Source: Octopus sinensis (lineage: Eukaryota). Taken from it: DNA of 64,000 nt. This document shows positions 40,401-51,570 of this stretch, one piece after another; positions within the stretch are counted from its first letter, which is position 1; each line of letters starts with the position of its first letter. The DNA is taken from the NCBI RefSeq assembly GCF_006345805.1, contig NC_043002.1:44206001-44270000 (forward strand), read 5' to 3'. A model generated the notes under the pieces. That model made no database searches and was not told the origin of the DNA. It worked only from the letters and a program-made list of their open reading frames with translations. Both the position numbers and the translations under genes were made by a program.

Positions 40401-42073
40401 ACGTTTAGTGCCCCTGATGTCTTAGCGGCGATAAACGAAATAAAACACAATTCAGCAGTAGGCCCGATAGGTTCCCTGCTTGTGTCCTGAAGGTGTGTCG
40501 ACACCAACTTGCATCTCCCCTTGCTAATCTGTGGAGAAACTCACTGGATGCTGGCTATATTCCAAAAAACCTTCTGTCCCAGTCTGTTGTCCCAGTTTTC
40601 AAAAAGGGAAACAAGTCCCTTGCAGTGAATTACCGTCCGATCTCACTCACCTCTCATATCATCAAGGTATTTGAGAGGGTGGTGAGATCTCGAATAACGC
40701 AATTTCTGGAAAGCAACAGACGGCTGATCTCTAACCAACATGGGTTCCGTAATGGAAGGGACTGCCTAACGCAGCTCCTGCATCACTTTGATGACATTTT
40801 GAGAACTTTGGGAGAGGGCTCCAACACCGATGTCATCTACCTTGATTTCAGTAAGGCCTTCGACAGGGTTGATCACAAGATCCTATTGAAAAAACTATCC
40901 AACATTGGTGTCTCTGGAAAGTTACTGAAATGGATCAAGTGTTTCCTGACAGACAGATCTCAACATGTTGTAGTTGAAGGGGTAAAATCAAGCCCAGCCA
41001 AAGTCAGTAGTGGCGTTCCGCAAGGCACTGTGCTGGGCCCACTTCTTTTCATCATCTACATTAATGACATTAATGACATCATCAAGCACAGCAACATAAA
41101 AATCTTTGCAGATGATTCCAAGCTACAGAAGGTCATAAATGAGGCGAGTGACCGGACATGCCTTCAGTCAGATCTACTGGCTGTTATCCAATGAGCAGAA
41201 AAAAACAATATGCTGCTGAACGAGGATAAATTTGAGTTAATCCACTTTGGAAAAGAGGATGCCCTGAAACTCCCATACTCCCTTCCTTCAGGTGAAACTC
41301 TCATGGCATCCAACAACATCAGAGATTTGGGAGTAATTGTGGACAACAACATAAGCTGGGCCACTCATATAAACACCAAAGTTGACATGGCCCGCAGAAT
41401 GTGTTCCTGGATTCTCAGAACTTTCCAGTCGAGAGATATCCACACCATTATCCTTCTCTTCTCCACTTATGCCCGACCCCACCTTGAATACTGTTGTCCA
41501 CTGTGGTCTCCCCACACAAAACAAAGTATCATAAAAGTTGAAGCACCTGAAAGGGCAATCACAAAAAAGATAGATGGCATGACAGGCCTCGACTATTGGG
41601 GTCGACTAGAAAAGCTAAAACTTTATTCTCTCCAACGTCGTCGTGAGCGCTACATCATCTGCATGATGTGGAAAATATTCCATCAGCATTGCCCAAATGA
41701 TGTTGGCATCACCTTTAAGGTACATCCAAGGCTTGGGCCCCGTGCCATCCGCCCAAAACAAAAATCGCACTCTCATCTCATAACAACAATACGGCACAAT
41801 TATTTCACCTCAATTGGCCCCGCTCTCTTTAACATTACACCAAAACACATTAAAACAGAAACTGACCCTATAGGGTTCAAGAAGTCTTTGGACAGATTCC
41901 TTCAAGAAATCCCGGATAAACCCCCTACACCCGGATATGTCTCTGTAAACAATAACTCTCTACTTGAGTGGGCCATAGTGCCCAAATTCTGACTTGAAAG
42001 ACTTCACCAGGTGGTGCTATTAAGTTAGACATGGCCTGGGCCAATAATGGCTGAAACCTATCAAAGTATCAAA

Positions 42074-42075
<2 letters not shown>
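37451..42075 (+). mobile_element. near full-length CR1-clade LINE (ORF1 + APE-RT ORF2)
   Basis: ORF1 37759-38985 is open. ORF2 38955-41992 has ILTETHL, YRPP, EDFN, LDLVF, SDH, PQGTVLGPLLF and FADD, with one frameshift near 40465 and a TGA at 41192-4. The 3' tail of 8-mer repeats (TATCAAAG)2 is typical of CR1. Both ends lie in (TA)n. Confidence 0.93.
37759..38985 (+). CDS. LINE ORF1 protein (Myb/SANT-like N-terminus, poly-Q, two CCCH-like fingers)
   Basis: RRNWSDNEIDVLINTW; Q/P-rich tract; CRYSQRERICLLSDCPFTH (C-x8-C-x4-C-x3-H) and a degenerate twin. Confidence 0.75.
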   Translation: MTNLQACNRRNWSDNEIDVLINTWFSLSQTENLNVLCLNEIAEKTSQIINTRSVKQIRSKLKHIEASLKLTKSHFEKLLYIFTLQEQQQLENQQQPQQQQQQNEPLLVPSTIADPNIGQAQQQQQQPQQQEQQQPLLNSSILDDSLNASIFSPLSWQPPQLSSSPPLPPSSSITQNTNKKPNKKPLLSSPTSPPQYYCSNKNLKKHMKQNAPPTAQTRNPKICRYSLRQRLCTNSDLIFTHLPSTRRTTGQGQSTHPTITSTPPNSKSKFKTHTTRSPKICRYSQRERICLLSDCPFTHLPGTRRTNRNGASSQHTNLNKNKNKNTPCCSNAGPVFSGRHKNNNNKSGNYNPIQQCNHTSSQKLLPKQENSFLAMLNMAKEIHKNILAITQHHPMLLPQCTNSPHCCH

Positions 42076-42164
<89 letters not shown>

Positions 42165-42189
42165 ATATTTTATATAATATATATATATA

Positions 42190-42286
<97 letters not shown>

Positions 42287-42422
42287 TTATATATATATTT
42301 ATATATATATATTTATATATATTTATATATAGTTATATATATATATTTATATATATTTATATATATATATATATTTATATATATATTATATATATATATA
42401 TTTATATATGTATATATATATA

Positions 42423-42481
<59 letters not shown>

Positions 42482-42485
<4 letters not shown>

Positions 42486-42912
42486 GTGAGTGGGTGAAGA
42501 AATCTTGGGATGATGTTAGTCCTGAAATCATTGTGAAGGCTTTTAAGAAGTGTGGCATTAGCAATGCCCTTGATGGCACAGAAGATGATGCATTATTTGA
42601 AGACAGTGATTTCAGCAGTAGTGATGAAGATGTTCCTTGTTTTGAAGATGATGAAGACTTTTCTGGTGTAGAAGATGATGAAGAGTTTTCTGGTTAAAAA
42701 GATGATTAAAGATGATTACTATTGTAATTTGTATGCCTTCCTTTTGTATGCTTGCTTTTATACAGCAATGTTTTCTGCTTTTGTAATGTGCTGCTAGACT
42801 GCTCTCAACAATATATGCTTAAATACACTTAAAACCTTTTTTCCTGAATTTGACCTGCTGAAATAAGGGTGAGTCTAATATGCCAGTGCGTCTAATATGC
42901 CGTCAAATACGG
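42482..42912 (+). mobile_element. 3' end of a pogo-family (POGK/Passer-like) DNA transposon
   Basis: [33 protein letters not shown] plus an acidic tail; terminal ...GTCAAATACGG-TA TIR. Confidence 0.85.
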
Positions 42913-43289
42913 TACATCGTTTATGTGCACTCATAAATAATACCTAACCTACTTGAAAGCTTAATCTCAGAAACAAAACACAAGTATTCTCAGTCTCATG
43001 GGACATTCTTCACTCATGTAAAGATTCCATTTTAAACTTTACCACTTTATGGAATTTTTTTCATTCTTTATATAAGTGCTTATTGAAAACTGCAATCATC
43101 ATATACCTTATTTTTCATACTTTGGAATTTGGTGCTAGTCATATGAATAACGCTAACTGTGGAATAAATGGTTTTCAATTTATATAAGGAACACTACTGA
43201 AACTTCCAGCATTTGAACTTCTTATATTGTTGCAAGATAATATACTCCAAACGAAATCACTTTAAACATGAAACATTAAGAAGTATTAT

Positions 43290-44680
43290 TTGATTCTCTA
43301 TATTGTTTCTGCTCTTTACAATTTGCAATAATGTTTGTTTAAGCCCCACAACAATAGACACCCCGTCCTTGATACTGAACTTTGGTTAGAAACTGTGAAC
43401 AATAGAGTGCAGTTCCTCAACTCCTATTACATGAAACCTATAGCTTCAAAATATGTTTTTCACAAGAACTCAGCTTTGTCACACAACATGAAAATTAACA
43501 TACTGATAGTAGATTTAGCTAGGATAATGAACAACGTGTCCCTACTGTGCAAACCCTATGAAACGAAAAAACACGTACAGAACTTCATGCACCGTATGCA
43601 ATTCTCTGGATATGATCAGAAAGATAGGGTTCGAGTATACGGGTGAGGGGAAAGCTAGAAAGAAATTAGCTAACATTATATGCAATGATACCAGTGGTAC
43701 CTGCCCTAAATATTGAAACAAAGACTGGAATAGGATACAAAGAACTTGTAACAAAGGAAACAAGGTGAACACGTGGTATAAAACTGACAGGCCACAGCCC
43801 ATAGAGAACTAACCCGTAGATTTAGGAAACCTCTGAATGAGACCAAACTCAACATTAAGATTGTTGAAAAGCCAGGGAAATCCGTCAGATCACAACTATG
43901 TACGACGTACCACTTTGAGAATACCATATGCACCAATGATAACTGCATGATATGTAGGATTAGCCCTGGAATTAACTGTAGAACTAGGAATGTAGTTTCC
44001 AGCATAAGATGCATAGAAGGTGCTTGTGAAGACATGAACATCACATACACAGGGGAGATATCTAGGATGAACCAATCTAACTTAAAATCCTTATTGTATT
44101 TTAAGTTAGATTGGTTCATCCTCTCCATCTCTTTCCCTTATGACAAGAGCAAATGATTTTGTAACATTTGCAACTCTGAACTCTTCCATATTCTCTTCTC
44201 TAAGAATCACCTTGTTAACACACTTATAGAGTGATCTTACAAATGTAAGCACCTTTAGCTCATATAAGTGATTTTTACCAGTCTGTATAGTTTGAACATT
44301 TAGTTCACCTTGCACTTTACTTCAGTAGAGGAATCTACTTCTAAGCCTTTGAACATTTTTTCAACCAATATATCCCTCTATATTTGTTCTCTAATTATTA
44401 TTTCTTTACCCCTTCTCTTCCAAGGGTCTGCCTTTGAGCCAGATCTACTAACGGTTTCTTAAAAAAAATACTTAATAGCGTTCTGTTTATCATTTATGCA
44501 GTCATCAAAATTGTTATAATGTATTTTTGTTGAGATAGGTTCTCTTTCTTTCCTGATGAGAAGATTACATTATTTTACACCGTTTATTCCTTTGGAATAT
44601 AACCAATGTTGTCTTCGAAACATGTCGAAAGTAAAAGAATTTGAATAACACCTTCGTTCAACTCCATTTATTTACATATA
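43290..44680 (+). mobile_element. rearranged PLE fragment: RT thumb/GIY-YIG, inverted segment and pLTR with hammerhead
   Basis: HPVLD, YYMKPIAS, FSGY, CRTRNVV and YTGEISR; 25 bp hairpin at 44064-44122; hammerhead at 44548-44631; then (TA)n. Confidence 0.75.
44548..44631 (+). ncRNA. minimal type I hammerhead ribozyme with intact core
   Basis: Stem I CTTTC(44548-52)/GAAAG(44627-31); CTGATGA 44553-9; stem II GAAGATTACATT/AATGTTGTCTTC (11 of 12 pairs); GAAA 44617-20; palindromic ACATGT stem III; GUC triplet with predicted cut after 44626. Confidence 0.8.
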
Positions 44681-44772
44681 TATGTATATATATATATATA
44701 TAAACACCAGCGAAAATAATTAATTTTATTTTATCGCATTTTGAATTTGTTTATATATATATATAATATATA

Positions 44773-44804
<32 letters not shown>

Positions 44805-46544
44805 GAATGAAAAATCGAGCGTCTAAAAAGCAAAACATAGTACAAGACTTCAAGGCCTTTGAGACTTCAAGGCTCAGAACTTTTCATACGCCCCTCCTAT
44901 ATATACTGACACACACACATACACATATATATGCGCGCGTGCGTGTGTTTGTGAATGTCTGTGTGTATGTGTGCGTAGATTGATGGTTAGATAGATGTGT
45001 GATATCACACATCTCACCTTCCATTAGTAAAGCATAAAAAAAACATTTACAAAATCCAGAAACTCAAGCTGTTATAAATAGAAGCTAAGTTAAGCTCGTG
45101 AGAAAAAGACACGCTGGAGACTGTTGTTCAACGTATATAAAAATACGAAAATATAAACAAAAAGAAAACCGCCAAGAGCTATTCTTTTGCTAGTACTTAT
45201 AAATTTTATGTTTGGAGTTGAAACTTAAAAACTGCGTCTATTTCTATTTAAAACAACTTTATGTTTCTATACCAAATAAATAATGTTGAATATAAACAAA
45301 ATATTTAATTTTATTTGTTAACTGTATGGTACAAGCTGGCTTGGCATTTATCCGTTGGTCATTCTGAATATGTTTACTAAAATATTGATATAGAACCCGA
45401 AACTATGAACTCGGGAGTGTTAGAGATGAATCCCAATTAACAACACGAAGTAACTTTTTTAGAGATGAAAAACTTCCAAAATTTATTGCATGTATGGTTG
45501 TTCAAGTTCAAATGAAATTTAAAGGAATTTATATTTCACATTATCATCTTACACATCCTAATATATTGAGAAAACATTGTTTCGATTCGTCTAACAATAG
45601 AATATATAAATGTTGAAGGGATATTTTTCGGGGTTCATAAATACGCAAAAATAAAGTCTAGGTGTATGTTGAGGTCAGAAGTTTTTACCACATATATTCC
45701 CTGATTCCGGATCAATGAAATACTTATTACGGATAAAATACGATAAAAAGGAATTTTCGCATTTCATTGATCTAGAGACTAGCGATGTCATTTAAGATTA
45801 CATTGAAAATAATATATTACATTTCATTTGTTTGTTTGTTTTTTAAGAATTTCTGCGGCGTCGCACTTCCGTGACGTGAGTACAAACATAATAGCACATC
45901 TTTTGGAAGTCATTTTCTGTCATAGTATCAGAAGTTTTGTACGTTTTGTTTCTTTATTTTCCATTTATTTGTAAATTTGATTTATAAGGTATTTTTTTTT
46001 TTGTATTTTGTCCTTTTATATACGACCATTCTTCCTTATAAGTTTGTGTTCAGTCTATTTCAATTATTTATAATTCTATATCTGACTTTGACGTTAGTGT
46101 TATTAATCGATTTCCCGTCAGCAGATTTGACATAGTACATATTTACTAACTCCAATCTCATATCAGTTCCTTTAGTACACCAGTATCACACCTTTGGTAT
46201 TTCTAGCGCTTTATCATCTAATGTTTACAACTTGAGGTGGTCTAGACGAGAGAAGAACACACGTACATATCTTCCCATAGAATTTGTCTCCAACTTCACT
46301 TTTATGTAGGATGCTGCCTATAGATTGTTTGCGTCAGGCAGAAAGGGGGTGGGGAAAAGAGGTCCTTTTCGAATATCTTTTGTTAACATAGTAATATACA
46401 ATGGGTAGTTTTAGAATAGATTAGATTTAATTTTTCCCTCTTTTGGCAGTAAATGCAAAATTGTTTGTCAGGAACTGCATTTAATATAGGCATATGTACA
46501 TTACTGGCAATGCCTACTCGTGGTACACATGTCTGGATTCCATG

Positions 46545-46710
46545 TGATGGCATGTGTGTTTACATACTCGTAACTTAGCGGTTTAGCCCTAAGAGACCAA
46601 TAAAATAAGTATTAGGATTAGAAAGAATAAGTCTTGGGGTCGATTTTTTCGACTAAAACCCTTTATGGTGGTGCTCCAGCATGGCTGCAGTCAAATGACT
46701 GAAAGACGTA
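46545..46710 (+). mobile_element. SINE family B 3' tail
   Basis: GTGTTTAC...CGTAACTTAGCGG...GGTGCTCCAGCATGGCTGCAGTCAAATGACTGAAA. Confidence 0.7.
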
Positions 46711-46783
46711 AAACAATTTTAAAAATACAAGAATATATTAAACAATCTGTCACGTAACATGAATAAAATTTCTGTAATATGTA

Positions 46784-48040
46784 CAGGGTGTTCAAAAAGC
46801 CTCTCCGCAGTAAGTATTTTATTGCAAAATAAATATTTATAAGATGGTATAGGACTACAAAAGAATATATTAGACTTTACAAGACTTAAAAAAAACTTGA
46901 AAGTGTCGGCTTTCATTTTCAATGCATAAGTTGACTCTTCTACACATGTCCTGAAATACATCTTGGAGAGTTTGACGCAGTATGGATCGTGTGAAGGTTA
47001 CGATTGCGTCTTCTAGCTCATTAATGGTTTTCGGGCGATTCTTGTACACTGATCCTTTACGTGCTCCCAAGAAAAAAAGTCTGGCGGTGTTAAATCAAGT
47101 GATCTTGGTGGCCAAAGTCCCTTCGAAATAATCAGTTCACTTAAAAGCTCTTGAAGTAGCACCATGGTAATGCGTGAAGTATGTGCTGTAGCTCCATCTT
47201 GCTGAAAGTATGCATTAATATTTTCACTTTCAGTGAGTTGGCCTACAAATGGATAGACAATATTCGAGCAATATATTTCGGTGTTGATGGTGTCTTCAAA
47301 AAATATCAGTCCCACAATACACTTTCTCGAAATTGCTATCCATACTCCAACTTTTTCGGGATGCAAAGGTTGCTCATGCGTCGCGTGTGGATTCTCAGTG
47401 CTCCATAACCTTGTGTTTTGCGAATTTATGTGCCCCGACAGATGAAACCAAGCCTCATTGGTGTAAAATACCTATCCAATCCAGTACTTCTATGCCTTTT
47501 TCGGCAACAAAGTTTTGGAACAAATGACAATAATGAAGCCTTTTAGCATGATCTGTAGTCTTCAATTCTTGAATGGCCAGTACTTTGTACGGAAAGAAAT
47601 TCAATTTCTTTTTTACTGCCATGTAAGCACTTCCTAGGCTGATATCCGTTTCCTGTGACAGTTTGCGTACGGACGGTGACAGGCTTATTGGAAATATTGG
47701 AGAGTGTTTCGTCTGAAAGAACAGTAGGACTACCACTTCTTTCTGCGTCTTCCACTGAGCCTATGTTTCTAAATTTTCTAATCAAATCGCGCACAGTGAC
47801 ACGTATTTGGAAAAGTTTCACTGAACTTCTATTTCACAGTATGTGTGTATTTGTTCCCAGCTCGAAACACCCATTCAACTAAAAACGTACGTTCTTCAAT
47901 GGTTAGCATGTCGACCCGCTGAAGGGTACACAATGACTGAGGGACAATAGCAGACACCCGGCTGCCCACGCAGTGATAGCCCAGTTACGCTTGCGCAGGA
48001 TGAAAAATATTCACTGCGGAGAGACATTTTGAACACGTTG
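46784..48040 (-). mobile_element. Tc1/mariner-superfamily transposon (rosa-like motifs, DD38D spacing), full length, defective
   Basis: TIRs CAGGGTGTTCAAAAAGCCTCTCCGCAGT / ACTGCGGAGAGACATTTTGAACACGTTG with TA TSDs. ATG 47909 (MLTIEERTFLVEWVF) to stop 46870. FQQDGATAH...WPPRSLDLTPPDFF. Confidence 0.9.
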
Positions 48041-48102
48041 TATAAGCAGAACAAAAAGGTAAATTTTCTATTCCGCAATGACAAAGAATTTTTCTTTTTC
48101 AG

Positions 48103-48192
48103 GCTCTCTTACCCACTGAACAAGGTGGCAAAGGAATAGGCTACAATGTGTATTGGCGACGAACGAGTGACAAATATCTTCGATGGAAAAAG
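48103..48192 (+). CDS. CNTN: contactin-like exon (FN3 middle)
   Basis: TTTCTTTTTCAG|GCT...AAG|GTAAGT. Encodes ALLPTEQGGKGIGYNVYWRRTSDKYLRWKK. Phase 0/0. Confidence 0.92.
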
Positions 48193-48214
48193 GTAAGTGT
48201 CTCTATAAATATGC

Positions 48215-48352
48215 ATAGGTGGGGTGTGTTGTAAGAAGCTTGATTTCCCACCACATGATTCCGGTTTCAGTGCTCCTGCTTGTCACTTGGGGCAAATGTC
48301 TTCTACTATAGCCTCGGGCCGACCAAAGCGTTGTGAATGGATTTGGTAGACT
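48215..48352 (+). mobile_element. SINE family B, truncated by the R4/Dong fragment
   Basis: CCACATGATTCCGGTTTCAG...CTACTATAGCCTCGGGCCGACCAAAG...GGATTTGGTAGAC. Confidence 0.75.
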
Positions 48353-48354
48353 GA

Positions 48355-49705
48355 TACAAGTAAAAGATAAAAGATAGAGATAAATAGAAGAGACAGGCTA
48401 CAATTACTTGGGGATATTGGAAATGGATAAATTGATAGACAAAGAAATGAAAGAAAAGTTTAAGGTAGAGTACATGCGCAGACTAAGACTGATCCTTAAG
48501 TCGAAATTAACCGGACGGAATAAGATTGAAGCAATCAATACCTGGGCGATTTCACTCCTTAGATATGGCGCAGGGGTAATCACATGAACAGTAGACGAAC
48601 TAAACAGAAAGAAAAGTAAGTTGCTGACTAGATATGGGATACTCCACCCAAAGCGTGATACAGACAGACTGTATGTACCAAGAAAAAGAGGGGGAAGAGG
48701 ACTTATTGGATGCGAACACAGCATTAGAGCAGAAGAAAATAACGTAGCATGGTATATAAAAATGCCACAGACCTGCTATCATTGAAAGTAAGAAGGTCAA
48801 GCATGTGTAAGATATATTGCAAAGATAATGCCCTGCACGAACACTTGAGAATGAATGAAACTGAAAATAGGTGGATAAAGAAAATAATGCATGGACTTTT
48901 CATAAGAATGTTGACGATAAAACAGCCAGAGAAAAAAGATGGCTATAGATGACTAAAAGTGATTTAAAAACCGGAAACGGGTTATTTAATCTGTGCTACC
49001 CAAGAGCAAGCACTATAAACGATTTACATCAAATACAGAATAGACAACACATCAGAAAGTGACAAGTGCAGAATTTGTGGACAAAATGGTGAAACGTTAT
49101 GGCATATTACCAGTCAATGTACGCCACTATCCCAGGGAGAATATAAAAGACGCCACGACAATATAGCCAGGCTTGTCCATTGGACACTTTGCAACAAGTA
49201 TGGACTTGACAAAGCAAAAACGTGGTACTAACATAAACCCGAGTGCATCATCGAAAATGATAATGCAAAGATCCTATGGGATTTTATAATTCAGTGCAAC
49301 CATGAGATAGAGAATAGGAAACCAGACATTGTGTAAATTGAGAAAGAAGGCAAAGAATGCTGGATCATAAATATAGCATGCCCAACGGACACCAAGATTT
49401 GCGATAAGGAAGAAAGAAAAGTTGATAGATATGACAGGTTAGCGGGGCAGGTTAAGCAGTTGTGGTCGATGAAAAAAGTGGCAGCAGTACCAATAATTGT
49501 TGGAGCCCTGGGAATTGTGAGTAAAAATCTTAAGAAGAACATGGAACAAACAGGGGCTGCAATAAGGGTGAACACTTGCAGAAAACAGTACTGCTTTGAA
49601 CCGGTCGAATACTCCGGAAAAATAGGGGATATTACCCAAATTCAATGGTTGCGAACAGCTGGCACTCTAGTACATCTCCAGCGTTAGAAGCTCTGCAAAA
49701 GCAAT
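48355..49705 (+). mobile_element. 5'-truncated R4/Dong-clade non-LTR element (RT thumb + REL endonuclease)
   Basis: YLGILE, NKIEAINTWAI, RLYVPRKEGGRGL, KCRICGQNGETLWHI..C, RRHDNIA and RKPDIV; ends at (TAA)n. Confidence 0.88.
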
Positions 49706-49706
49706 A

Positions 49707-49751
<45 letters not shown>

Positions 49752-49764
49752 AATAATAATAATT

Positions 49765-49840
<76 letters not shown>

Positions 49841-49857
49841 GTATTAGTATTATTATA
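49706..49857. repeat. compound triplet microsatellite (AAT)n(ATC)n(ATT)n
   Basis: Read directly from the sequence. Confidence 0.95.
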
Positions 49858-50222
49858 ACCCTTTCTACTATAGGCATAAGGTCTGAAATTTGTGGAGAGG
49901 GGTTAAACCGATTAAATTGATCCAAATACTAAACTGGTCAATTTAATCGACCTCGAAAGGATTAGAAGCAAAGCCGACCTCGGCGGAACTTGAACTCAGA
50001 ACGAAATACCTATTTCTTTACTACCCACAAGGGGCTAAACACAGAGAGGACAAACGAATTAAGTCGATTATATCGACCCCAGTGCGTAATTGGTACTTAA
50101 TTTATTGACCCCGAAAGGATGAAAGGCAAAGTCGACCTCGGCGGAATTTGAACTCAGAATGTAGCAGCAGACGAAATACCGCTGAGCATTTCGTCTGGCG
50201 TGCAAACGATTGTGTCAGCTCG
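49858..50222 (-). mobile_element. two nested or adjacent SINE family A copies
   Basis: CGACCTCGGCGGAA(C/T)TTGAACTCAGAA occurs twice (about 49975 and 50135). Confidence 0.85.
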
Positions 50223-50530
50223 TCGCCTAAATAATAATAATAATAATGAGAAGTGGAAGAAGAAGAAGAAGAAGAAGAAGAAGAAGAAGAAGAAGAAGAA
50301 GAAGAAGAAGAAGAAGAAGAACACTCAGGGAGCGCAAACCTCCACCAAGGCAACACCTACGTCATCTCAACGATTAGTGGTGTCCGTTATAAACCCTCCT
50401 CCACACCATCTGTTATGTCTTATTGTGTACTATCATCATCCGTATTATACATAATGTATTTAGAATTTTTAAAAGGTCCCCAATCGCATTTCATGTAAAA
50501 ATCATTCGATTTGATTGTGCAGCCCTTTCT

Positions 50531-50765
50531 ATGTATGTCATTATGGATATTAAGAAACTTTGGCACGACGGGCGAAATGCTTAGCGGTATTTCGTCTGTC
50601 TTTACGTTTTGAGTTCAAATTCCGTCGAGGTCGACTTTTGCTTTCATCCTTTAAGGGTCGATAAATTAAGTACCAGTTGCGAACTGGGGTCGAGCTAATC
50701 GATTGCCCCCCCACTCCCCCAAAATTTCGGGCCTTGTGCCTAGAGTAGAAAAGAATATTGGATTG
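50531..50765 (+). mobile_element. SINE family A
   Basis: GGCGAAATGCTTAGCGGTATTTCG...GAGTTCAAATTCCGTCGAGGTCGAC. Confidence 0.88.
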
Positions 50766-50899
50766 AAAAATTGTGGTGTGTGGAGCGAAGAAGGAAACTT
50801 CACTACAGCTAGATATTCCTAAAAGGAAACTGAAATAGTATGGGAATTCAAGAACGGGAGGAAATACAATAAAACAGGCCGATGGGGAGAAATGGAATT

Positions 50900-51570
50900 G
50901 CAAGGCCAAGTCGCACAATAAATTGTAGCTGTTAGAAGAATACTGGCTAAAGCTGACAAAACGAAAGCTGAAACGAGAGATCGAAGCGCTGAGTATAGCT
51001 GATCAGGATCACACCGTTAAGACGAAGCTAATAAAGGCAAAAACCGACAAAACTCAGTCAGGCAGCGAACATAGAATCTATCGAGAAGGAAAAGAAGCCA
51101 TCAGTCACCGCTTGGGCGAATGTAGTAGCTAGCACAAAAAGAGTATAAACGTGAACATGACTCTGCAGGTAAACTATTGGGACATCAGCCAAGTGTGTGG
51201 CTTCGAAATAACAGGCAAGTGGTATGAGCAGGAACCGGAGGCTATATTAGAGAATATAAAATACAAGACCGTATGAGACGTCTCCATAATCACTCACTAT
51301 GCTATTGAAGTAAGACCAGATATGATTATATAGAACAAAATAAAGAAACAGTGTAAGATCATAGTCTTTGCCATTCCCTATGATAATAGAGTCGATACCA
51401 AATGAATTGAACAAAATGAGAAATACCGGGACCGAGCCTGAGAGCTGGAGAGATTGTGGAAGATTAAAACAACAATTATTCCTGTGGCAATTAATGCATT
51501 TGTCATGACACCCAAACTGCTACCAAACAAAAACTGAAAGAGTTTGAAATTGAAATTCACATTGTCAAGT
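50900..51570 (+). pseudogene. older R4/Dong-like remnant
   Basis: LKREIEALSIA.QD, RPDMII and FAIPYDNRVD-like peptides homologous to 48355-49705. Confidence 0.6.
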
